In this document: positions 27,108-34,587 of the stretch, piece by piece
Numbering within the stretch: position 1 is the stretch's first letter
Layout of the letters: every line of letters begins with the position of its first letter
Virus record (IMG/VR): IMGVR_UViG_3300011438_000156
Span: 1-38,860 of that record
Length of the DNA stretch: 38,860 nucleotides
Source of the DNA: a virus
Taxonomy: Duplodnaviria > Caudoviricetes
Reading direction: 5' to 3' (one strand)
Notes under the pieces: generated by a model
Seen by the model: the letters and a program-made list of their open reading frames with translations, nothing else
Told to the model about the DNA's origin: nothing
The model's database searches: none
Made by a program: the position numbers and the translations under genes

Positions 27108-27350
27108 ATGAAAATGACATTTATTAATAAAAAGACATATTCTATTCACGAAGTAGAAAACATTGTCTTAGCATACGAAGAAATACGTAAATTAGCTAGA
27201 ATATTTCAATTAAACGGTGAATTATCAGATAAGCTTGAGTGGGGTGATAATATAGTGATAGATGGATTTAAGTTTCTATTAGATGAATATAAAAAGAAAA
27301 TGTCCTTAAAAGAGGACATGTCATCTAAAGAGGACAAAAATAATACTTGA
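27108..27350 (+). CDS. Hypothetical protein whose 3' end overlaps the tandem boxes
   Basis: RBS GGAG. Confidence 0.7.
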   Translation: MKMTFINKKTYSIHEVENIVLAYEEIRKLARIFQLNGELSDKLEWGDNIVIDGFKFLLDEYKKKMSLKEDMSSKEDKNNT

Positions 27351-27375
27351 CAGGCTCGATAAGACATGATATAAT
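27301..27375 (+). promoter_or_regulatory. Two tandem TGTC-N10-GACA boxes plus a consensus promoter for the replication operon
   Basis: TGTCCTTAAAAGAGGACA TGTCATCTAAAGAGGACA, 10 bp, then TTGACA-17nt-TATAAT with extended TG. Confidence 0.85.
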
Positions 27376-27399
27376 GGATTTAGTTAGTGAGATAACAAT

Positions 27400-28980
27400 A
27401 TGTCTTTAACTTCTATAGTAAAATTAGAATGTCCCGTTTGTCATAAACTGGCTATTGAAGAATCACGTCTTAAAATTGGTAAGACTTCACTGGTTAAATT
27501 ACAGTGTGGTCATTTAACTAATTTTGAAATGTTGGTTAAAGAAGAGTCTGATTATGATAATCTAATCTTCGCAGATGGTGCTAAACCCAGACCATACCAG
27601 ATAGATGCTATTAAATTTGCTGAGAACTCTGGTATTAAATGTATTATAGCTGATGAGCAGGGATTAGGAAAGACAATTGAGGCACTCTGTTTAATTAAAC
27701 TCCATCCTGAAAAGCTTCTACCTCTTGTCTATGTTTGTCCTACCACAGTTAAATTACAGGTTATGCGGGAAATACACAGAATTTGTGGTCCTGCTAATTC
27801 ACCTGAATACTTAACACAAGTTATTCAATCTGGCAAAGAGAAAGCAATGCCAGGTTTTAAGATTTATATTATCACATTCGATATGCTCAAAAAAGAAGAT
27901 GTATTTGAGTATGTCCCTGATATTAAAACTATCATTATAGATGAGTGTCAGAGAATTAAAAATCATCTATCTGATAGAGCTAAAGCTGTTCAAAGGATAG
28001 CGAGTAAATGTGAACATATTATTCCTATGAGTGGCACTCCTATTAAGAACAATGCAGGTGAATATTTCACTGTTCTTAATTTGGTTGCTCCTACTAGATT
28101 TCCACACTATCAGACTTATCTTGATAGATACTGTAATGCATATGATGACTTCTATTCCACTAAGATAGGTGGATTGAAGGATGCTTCACGTTTCCATGAT
28201 ATGACTAAAGATATTGTCATTAGAAGGACTAAAGCTGAGGTATTACCCGATTTGCCTCCATTAGATAGAAAATTCTTTCATGTCGAATTGGATGCTAAAC
28301 TAAATAAAGCATATGCTAAAGCATTAGAAGAGTTAGATGAATTAATCTATGCTGAAGATGCTGATTCATTTAAAGACTCAGGAGCAATGATTGCTGTGAT
28401 GAGTAAACTTCGGCATATTACTGGTATAAGTAAGATACCAGATTGTGTTGAATTTACTACTGAGTATCTTCTATCTACTACAAGAAAGCTAGTAATATTC
28501 ACGCATCATACAGATGTTGCTGATATATTGAAAGTTAAATTAAATGATTATCTTAAGCCAATAGGTGATGAAGTCCTTCATCTTCATTCTGGCTTAGATG
28601 CTAATAAGAGAGCACAACTAGTGATGGATTTTGAGAAGAATAAGAACAGAGTAATGATAGCATCCACACTTGCAGCAGGTGAAGGATTAAATCTTCAATT
28701 CTGCTCAGATGCTATTATGCTAGAAAGACAATGGAACCCGGCCAATGAAGAACAAGCTGAAGCTAGGTTCCATAGATTTGGACAATTAAACAGTGTCACA
28801 GTTACTTATCTTCTGGCTTCTGGCACTATTGACGAGTATTTCACTGAGCTTGTTGAGAGAAAAAGAGCGATAGTAGCACAGACTATGGATAATAAAGAAG
28901 TGCAATGGGAACAAGCATCTTTAATGAAAGAGTTGGCTACTATGCTAAGCACAAAAGGCAGGGAGAAATGGAGATTATAA
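27400..28980 (+). CDS. SNF2-family helicase-like ATPase with an N-terminal Zn ribbon
   Basis: RPYQ, ADEQGLGKT, DECQRIKN, SGTPIKN, AAGEGLNLQ, QAEARFHRFGQ; CPVC...CGH. Confidence 0.93.
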   Translation: MSLTSIVKLECPVCHKLAIEESRLKIGKTSLVKLQCGHLTNFEMLVKEESDYDNLIFADGAKPRPYQIDAIKFAENSGIKCIIADEQGLGKTIEALCLIKLHPEKLLPLVYVCPTTVKLQVMREIHRICGPANSPEYLTQVIQSGKEKAMPGFKIYIITFDMLKKEDVFEYVPDIKTIIIDECQRIKNHLSDRAKAVQRIASKCEHIIPMSGTPIKNNAGEYFTVLNLVAPTRFPHYQTYLDRYCNAYDDFYSTKIGGLKDASRFHDMTKDIVIRRTKAEVLPDLPPLDRKFFHVELDAKLNKAYAKALEELDELIYAEDADSFKDSGAMIAVMSKLRHITGISKIPDCVEFTTEYLLSTTRKLVIFTHHTDVADILKVKLNDYLKPIGDEVLHLHSGLDANKRAQLVMDFEKNKNRVMIASTLAAGEGLNLQFCSDAIMLERQWNPANEEQAEARFHRFGQLNSVTVTYLLASGTIDEYFTELVERKRAIVAQTMDNKEVQWEQASLMKELATMLSTKGREKWRL

Positions 28981-29120
28981 GTTGGAGTTTTCTTTTCTGG
29001 TTTACTATAGGATATTTTACAATGCAAATAATTCGCTCTTATTTTAGAAAGAAAGTAAGAGAATCTAACGATAAACATATGCAAGAACGAATGAAAAGAC
29101 GTTATGAGCATCATGATTAA
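28968..29120 (+). CDS. Small single-TM protein
   Basis: MEIISWSFLFWFTIGYFTMQII followed by a basic tail (start reassigned). Confidence 0.6.
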   Translation: MEIISWSFLFWFTIGYFTMQIIRSYFRKKVRESNDKHMQERMKRRYEHHD

Positions 29121-29292
29121 TTATATTTACTTACGAGTCTTAATTAGCAATACTTGGAGTAAATATAAATTTAGGGATTTAGATAAAGCTTATGAGTGGT
29201 TGTCATGTAATAAATGGGACAAGTTTTCATTAACTAGCGATGTTCCTTACCTATTTGATGATAATGAATTTAATTTAATTGAAGTAAGTTAA
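29104..29292 (+). CDS. Hypothetical protein
   Basis: Coupled ORF. Confidence 0.6.
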   Translation: MSIMINYIYLRVLISNTWSKYKFRDLDKAYEWLSCNKWDKFSLTSDVPYLFDDNEFNLIEVS

Positions 29293-29296
29293 GAAC

Positions 29297-29446
29297 ATGA
29301 GACTAGAACAACTTTTCTTTTCATTCATTATTGCAATGATTATCTTCCTTACTCTCTTAGTTAGTGCCTCATATCATCATTGTCGAGATAATGGATTTAA
29401 TCGTAATCAATGTATTAACTTCTTAATCAGTAAGAAGATGAATTAA
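29297..29446 (+). CDS. 49-aa single-TM protein with a C-x9-C pair, not in the ORF track
   Basis: MRLEQLFFSFIIAMIIFLTLLVSASYHHCRDNGFNRNQCINFLISKKMN; TAATG-coupled to the next gene. Confidence 0.65.
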   Translation: MRLEQLFFSFIIAMIIFLTLLVSASYHHCRDNGFNRNQCINFLISKKMN

Positions 29447-29634
29447 TGAGCGAAATAAACATAGATAGAAATAAACTTCCTATTATAAATGCTTTTTATC
29501 TTTGGGAAAGAATATTGCTTATTGATCTATTATTAACTAAGAATCATTGTAATTGTATGGGATGCAAAAGTCAAGTAGCAAGACATATTAGAGAGATAAA
29601 AGAAGAATTGAAGAAAGTTGTTAGGCAGCCATAA
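29446..29634 (+). CDS. Hypothetical protein
   Basis: TAATG-coupled on both sides; HCNCMGC. Confidence 0.65.
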   Translation: MSEINIDRNKLPIINAFYLWERILLIDLLLTKNHCNCMGCKSQVARHIREIKEELKKVVRQP

Positions 29635-30533
29635 TGGCTAAAACAAACATAGTTTTTTCAGCATCATCCTTCAATCTCTGGGAATGGTGTGAGTGTAAAT
29701 ATAACTATGCTCATATCATGCGTAAAACCCTTCCAGTAGACCAGAAGCCAGAACCATTAGATAGAGGTGGATTAGGTCATATTGGAATGGAAGTGTATTT
29801 TAATCAATTAGCTACTGGTGTTCATTATAATGATAGAATGCATAATGCTATAATGAAAATTAAAGCAGCTGCCTCTGATGCAACTTTCTCTAATATAGAT
29901 ATGACTGAAGAGTTACCCATTCTTACTTCTAATTTTACTCAATCTTGCGAACATTGGCGATTTGAAGATGAGCACCTTGAGATTCTAGCAGTAGAAACTC
30001 CTTTTGATTATGTTATTTTTGAAGATGAATGGATTAGAATTATTATATCTGGAAAGATAGATTTAATGGTTAATAAGAAAGGTCATGGAGGTGAAGCATC
30101 TTATACTAATCTCCCTTATGACCATAAATTTGTTACAAGAGATTTCCCTGTAGATAGAACTGATAACCAATTCATAAATTATGCTCATGCTGTTAGTTCA
30201 AATTACATCATAGTAAATAAAGTAGGAATGCAGAAGACTCTCAAACCTGAAGAGAAATATAAGCGTATTCCTCTCTCTTATGACCCACTATTCATAGACC
30301 AATGGAAAGAAAATGTTATTCGTGTAGTTATTGACAAATATCTTCCTGCCCGGCTACGCAATCATTATCCAATGAGATTCTCTAATTGCAGAAAATTTGG
30401 TAGACTCTGCGAGTTTCATCCTGTTTGCAATTCTTCAGGTGAAGATGCAAAGAAGTGGAAACTTGAAAGTCAATATATTGATAGAGAACCTTGGGATAAA
30501 TATGCTGAGGAAGGTGAGGAAGGTGCTATTTAA
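29634..30533 (+). CDS. PD-(D/E)xK exonuclease, Cas4/AddB-like
   Basis: SASS..WCECKY, G..GH, AVETPF, SGKIDL..DHK, Q..NY, C-terminal C..C..C cluster. Confidence 0.85.
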   Translation: MAKTNIVFSASSFNLWEWCECKYNYAHIMRKTLPVDQKPEPLDRGGLGHIGMEVYFNQLATGVHYNDRMHNAIMKIKAAASDATFSNIDMTEELPILTSNFTQSCEHWRFEDEHLEILAVETPFDYVIFEDEWIRIIISGKIDLMVNKKGHGGEASYTNLPYDHKFVTRDFPVDRTDNQFINYAHAVSSNYIIVNKVGMQKTLKPEEKYKRIPLSYDPLFIDQWKENVIRVVIDKYLPARLRNHYPMRFSNCRKFGRLCEFHPVCNSSGEDAKKWKLESQYIDREPWDKYAEEGEEGAI

Positions 30534-30537
30534 ACTG

Positions 30538-30735
30538 TTTCGCCCAAAGACTAGAGACTCTAGCCAGGTAACTATGGTAGTTAAGTAGTGAGTAAGCCAT
30601 AGCGAAGGTATGACGAGTTAAATGGAGAAGGTGAAAAGAACCAAGTAACCTATTTCTCTAGCTAGTTAAGTAGGCGAAAAGGTGAAGGGTATGACTCAGG
30701 TTTTAGGACATATTTCCTAGCCTTTACCCTTCACC
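30538..30735 (+). ncRNA. Unclassified structured intergenic region
   Basis: TTTCGCC/GGCGAAA closes a multi-stem domain; a second hairpin has a perfect 11-bp GGTGAAGGGTA/TACCCTTCACC stem. Confidence 0.45.
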
Positions 30736-30750
30736 ACTTAGGAGAAGATT

Positions 30751-30948
30751 ATGAGTAATAATGACGACGATGATGATTTTGATTGGAGTAGTAATTTTGA
30801 CCCTGCAGATTATGATTCAGATGATGATAGAATTCAATGCATTGATTGTGAGAATAGATATTATATACCAACTATAAATAGATGTTTACTCTGTGATGAA
30901 TGGATTTGTATTGATTGTGTTGCTCAGCATGTTTGTCAAAATGAGTAA
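30751..30948 (+). CDS. Acidic protein with a two-Zn finger pattern
   Basis: RBS AGGAG; CIDC..CLLC..CIDC..HVC. Confidence 0.75.
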   Translation: MSNNDDDDDFDWSSNFDPADYDSDDDRIQCIDCENRYYIPTINRCLLCDEWICIDCVAQHVCQNE

Positions 30949-31186
30949 ACTATTTAAATCAATAAATGTTAGACCAATTCTTACTATAGGTGATATACTT
31001 TATGGAACTTCTCAACATAGAGATGGTTATTATATACATATTAGGAAGAGAAAGAAGCAATGGGTCAAAAGACATGGCCCTTTTAAAGACTTACCAGAAG
31101 CGGAAAGTTTTATCTGGAAAGCATTGAAAGAATACAATGCCGTCCGAGAAGCCCAAAATAGTAGAAAAGCACGTTCACAAATATAA
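30941..31186 (+). CDS. Hypothetical protein
   Basis: Start reassigned to ATG 30941, overlapping the upstream stop. Confidence 0.65.
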   Translation: MSKLFKSINVRPILTIGDILYGTSQHRDGYYIHIRKRKKQWVKRHGPFKDLPEAESFIWKALKEYNAVREAQNSRKARSQI

Positions 31187-31538
31187 AAGATTAGTGTTTA
31201 AGACTGGTAATAGTATTTATTTTTGCACTTTACCAGATTGTACTAATAAAATTAAACAGCCATTGGCTCTAGGCAAGAGGTCTATTTGCTGGAGATGTGG
31301 TAATCCATTTATTATGAATGAGTATGCTATTCGTTTAGCTAATCCTCATTGTGAAGATTGTCATAAGAGTAAAGATGGTAAATTAGTTGTCCCAAATAAT
31401 GCACACTTAGGTCAAGATGAAAATCAAAATCCTACTGTGATTAAAAATGAACCTATTTTAGCTCCATTAAGTGAAAGATTAAGAAAAGCAACTTCAATAC
31501 ATAACCACGTAGCAATTCCAGATGATGAGGAGTTATGA
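31137..31538 (+). CDS. Zn-binding protein
   Basis: HVH..C-x4-C..CWRC..CEDC. Confidence 0.75.
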   Translation: MPSEKPKIVEKHVHKYKRLVFKTGNSIYFCTLPDCTNKIKQPLALGKRSICWRCGNPFIMNEYAIRLANPHCEDCHKSKDGKLVVPNNAHLGQDENQNPTVIKNEPILAPLSERLRKATSIHNHVAIPDDEEL

Positions 31539-31897
31539 TTAAACATGGTATTCCACCGCATTTAGAATGTTCATCTAGAGGTGATAAAAGATTTAGTGCA
31601 TTCTTTGCTAGGATACAAAAGAGAAATGGTAGAACAATAGAAGAATTGTATCAGGGGCATAAAATTATTAATGGTATTACAGGTCATACTTGGAAAGAAG
31701 CTAAAGGAAAGATGGCAGACAATCAAGAAGAGTGTAATAGATTCTATAGCATCCTTTGGGATGAGTATATTAAAGAGAATCCTCATTTGTTAGAGATTCT
31801 AAAGAAAGCAGTTGGTCTATCTGATACATTTGGTCAGGCTAATCACTGCTGTCAAGCAACTGAATTATGGAGAATAAGAAATGCCCAAAGCAACTGA
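31535..31897 (+). CDS. NADAR-like protein (putative ADP-ribosylhydrolase fold)
   Basis: LECSSRGDKRFSAFFA...TIEELYQGHK...LWDEYI..NP.L..L.....LSD.F....CQA. Confidence 0.5.
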   Translation: MIKHGIPPHLECSSRGDKRFSAFFARIQKRNGRTIEELYQGHKIINGITGHTWKEAKGKMADNQEECNRFYSILWDEYIKENPHLLEILKKAVGLSDTFGQANHCCQATELWRIRNAQSN

Positions 31898-32723
31898 TAT
31901 AAAACCTGATTCTTATAATCAAATTCTTCTTAAAGGTGGTCCCGGTTTTGGTAAAACTTTAGCTGCTGCAACTTTTGCCCTTGAGGGACCAGTTCATATT
32001 TCTTATTTCGATAAGAAGAAGCCAGTCGAGCTTATATCTTTCTTTACAGAAAAGAGATTTGGTTCTAAAGCAAAACAGATTCTTGATAATATAGAATATA
32101 CAGTTTATGGTAGTAGGAATTGTAATGATTATCTTAATCGCCTAATAGACATGATTAATGGTAATAGTTGTCGCCTTTTCGCAGATATAACAGATTCTAC
32201 TACCTCATTAACAGCAGCCGCAGTAAATTGGTCAAGTGCATTTTCATCTACTGGTCAAGGTAAACAAGTAACCAAACCAGAAGATATTATCCCAGAATTT
32301 GATGATTATAAGGCAGAGACTGCTTTAATTACTCAGGCTCTTGATCTTTACCAAACTCTCCCATGTCATGTAATTTGGATTGCTCATCCTCTTCCTTCTA
32401 TTAAAATTGAAGGTAAGGGTGCATCCATGAAAGTTACCAAAACAAATCCAATCGTTACCTATGGAACTAAAGTAGCTGGTATGATACCAGCGAGATTTAC
32501 TGAGATTTATCATCTATCTCAAGAATCTACTTGGGATGCTTCTAAAGGTATGAATACTACTGATTATAAAGTTCATGTTAATTCCCCTGAAGATGATAAC
32601 TTTGCTAAATCATCAATCTTTGATAACTCCGGAATTAAGGAGTTTGACATAACCGATAAATTATTTTATGAGGTTTGGAAGAAGAAGATTAGTGAAGCTT
32701 TTAATAAAGATGTTATAACTTAA
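31881..32723 (+). CDS. Sak4-like (AAA_24) P-loop ATPase / recombinase
   Basis: ILLKGGPGFGKT, DS Walker B (ITDSTT), VIWIAH; lies between the exonuclease and SSB genes. Confidence 0.8.
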   Translation: MPKATDIKPDSYNQILLKGGPGFGKTLAAATFALEGPVHISYFDKKKPVELISFFTEKRFGSKAKQILDNIEYTVYGSRNCNDYLNRLIDMINGNSCRLFADITDSTTSLTAAAVNWSSAFSSTGQGKQVTKPEDIIPEFDDYKAETALITQALDLYQTLPCHVIWIAHPLPSIKIEGKGASMKVTKTNPIVTYGTKVAGMIPARFTEIYHLSQESTWDASKGMNTTDYKVHVNSPEDDNFAKSSIFDNSGIKEFDITDKLFYEVWKKKISEAFNKDVIT

Positions 32724-32778
32724 ATCATTCATTCATTCACTCAGTTAACAAAACAACAAGAAACAAAGGCAAAAACAA

Positions 32779-33204
32779 ATGCGTTCAATTCTCACTCCAG
32801 ATGATCTTCGCAAAGGTGATTTAGTTACTCCAGGTTGGTATCCTCTTGAGTTAGTTGAATACTCAGAGGAACCAGTTGGTAAAGAAGCTAAGAATCAAGG
32901 TTCAGTTAATTGTATTTTCAATTTTAAGGTTTTTGATGGTGAGTTCAAAGGTGTATCTCCTAGGACTCAGTATAATGAAGCAGCATTGGGATATGGTAAG
33001 TCTCTTTGGGCTGCTTTAAAGATTCCTTTTGATAAGGTTAAAGGTTATGAGCTTTCTACTGAGTTGTTTAAGTCTTATGCTGCTAATAAGGCTAAAGTTA
33101 AAGGTTATATTCGACGTGGTAAGAGTGATAGAGGTAAGGACTTCAATGAACTTGTTGAATTTATGCCTATTGATGCTACTCCTGGTGAAACAGCTAAAAC
33201 TTAA
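32779..33204 (+). CDS. DUF669-like single-stranded DNA-binding protein
   Basis: VTPGWY.LEL..FKVFDGEFKG..FNELVEF OB-fold pattern; follows the Sak4-like gene. Confidence 0.7.
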   Translation: MRSILTPDDLRKGDLVTPGWYPLELVEYSEEPVGKEAKNQGSVNCIFNFKVFDGEFKGVSPRTQYNEAALGYGKSLWAALKIPFDKVKGYELSTELFKSYAANKAKVKGYIRRGKSDRGKDFNELVEFMPIDATPGETAKT

Positions 33205-33241
33205 TTAATTTATTTTAGCTATTAAGATTTTATGGTTGCCT

Positions 33242-33508
33242 TCCTACAGGGTTAGGTCTGATTCAAGCCCAGACTTGCCCTGTAGGACTATTAAAGCCTC
33301 AAGGTTCAACGATTTTTTAGGTCACGACGACTAGTATCTAGAAAACGATCGTAAAGACATGAGGCTAGGATTTGGACGCTTTCTGCTTAACTTTTGCTAG
33401 GACTATGCTGAATAGGGATTATACTCCACAATCCTAATTAAGCTGGCAGTAGTTAGTGTGTCACCTTGGTTATCCGACATTAACTATCGCGGGAAGTCCT
33501 AGCATTTT
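33242..33508 (+). ncRNA. Unclassified three-domain structured intergenic region
   Basis: TCCTACAGGG/CCCTGTAGGA, AGCCTCA/TGAGGCT and TGCTAGGACT/AGTCCTAGCA closing stems. Confidence 0.55.
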
Positions 33509-33525
33509 ATTTAAGAGGATTAAGA

Positions 33526-33690
33526 ATGAAGAGAGAAGAATTACTTCACGTTAAGAAAGTTCTAGAGAAGATTACTAATCCTAGTCCTAATGTTACATTA
33601 GCTATGGCTTATATAGAAAAAGATTTAGCTCAAAGAGCTGCTCAAAGAGATAATTTCAAAGGTGATTATGAGGAAAGCCCAAATTGGTAG
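33526..33690 (+). CDS. 54-aa protein, not in the ORF track
   Basis: RBS GAGGA; MKREELLHVKKVLEKI...SPNW. Confidence 0.7.
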   Translation: MKREELLHVKKVLEKITNPSPNVTLAMAYIEKDLAQRAAQRDNFKGDYEESPNW

Positions 33691-33950
33691 AAGAGATAAA
33701 GCCAGAATGGTTAGATAGAGTAAAGAAAACATACTATCACCATGTTAAGGCTCTCAAAGAAAATCCTAAGCATACTATTGCTCAAACTGCAAATGAATTA
33801 AAAAGGTCAATAGGACCAGTAAGTGAAGAATTAAAAGTAGCAGAGTGGTTAAAGACTCATCAAATTCAATTATATAAGTTTGAACATTTTAGTGATGCTA
33901 TAGAATGGGTTAGGAAACAGAAGCATAAGAACTTGGATGAGAACTTATGA
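33684..33950 (+). CDS. HTH DNA-binding protein (ParB-like HTH)
   Basis: HTIAQTANELKRSIGPVSEELKVA; TTG start after GAGGA. Confidence 0.65.
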   Translation: MVEEIKPEWLDRVKKTYYHHVKALKENPKHTIAQTANELKRSIGPVSEELKVAEWLKTHQIQLYKFEHFSDAIEWVRKQKHKNLDENL

Positions 33951-34129
33951 TAGAAGAATCCACCTCAACAACTAAAATGGATTATACTTCGGCTGGTTCA
34001 TTTGAAAGACCAGAAAGATGTTGTATTTGTGATAATGAAATTCCTGTTGGTTCTAGAATATTAAGAGAAAAGAGAATTAAACATCCTATTTGTTCAGATT
34101 GTGCTATTGAAATTGCAAAGATTGTATGA
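33947..34129 (+). CDS. Small C4 Zn-finger protein
   Basis: CCIC ... ICSDC. Confidence 0.7.
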   Translation: MIEESTSTTKMDYTSAGSFERPERCCICDNEIPVGSRILREKRIKHPICSDCAIEIAKIV

Positions 34130-34359
34130 CTTATAATCCAGCAGATAAATTAAATAAGATAGCAGATTTACTTAGGGATATAGCTAAGTTAGAATTCCTT
34201 AACTCAGGAAGTGATATATTTGATGCTGTAATTATTATCACAGAGACTAATGGACATAAGTATAAAGCTGCTGTTAGAACTACATTAAATGATGAGAAAT
34301 TTGATAAGGTTTGTGAAGATGCAGTTAAAAATAGAATGAAATTAGAAGTAGATAAGTAA
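34126..34359 (+). CDS. Hypothetical protein
   Basis: ATGA overlap. Confidence 0.7.
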   Translation: MTYNPADKLNKIADLLRDIAKLEFLNSGSDIFDAVIIITETNGHKYKAAVRTTLNDEKFDKVCEDAVKNRMKLEVDK

Positions 34360-34587
34360 ATGACTTCTTTTGATTTACTTAAAACTCTAATTAGAATTTG
34401 GAATGATAGAAATAATCCCAACGCTAAAATTCTTATTGCCGAAGTTAATGTTATAGAAGAAGGAACGGATATTAAATTTTTTTCAAATATGAGCGATGAA
34501 CAAGTTATATTTATTATGGAACAACATATGAATAGAGTTAGATTAACAAATCCAAGTGCTTTTAATATTTTGGAATCTAAAGAATAA
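34360..34587 (+). CDS. Hypothetical protein
   Basis: Abuts both neighbours. Confidence 0.7.
   Translation: MTSFDLLKTLIRIWNDRNNPNAKILIAEVNVIEEGTDIKFFSNMSDEQVIFIMEQHMNRVRLTNPSAFNILESKE

Noticed and set aside
30560-30660. Pistol or hammerhead ribozyme call
   Set aside because: Only a partial likeness; the P2 partner with the GU cleavage site and the CUGANGA core were not found
29634-30735. Cas4-like gene plus downstream repeats read as a CRISPR locus
   Set aside because: The repeats are only about 11 nt and occur twice; there is no spacer periodicity and no other cas gene; solo Cas4-like nucleases are common in phage recombination modules
33242-33508. tRNA, twister ribozyme or retron msr-msd
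   Set aside because: No T-loop or cloverleaf, the twister core is incomplete, and there is no reverse transcriptase in the window
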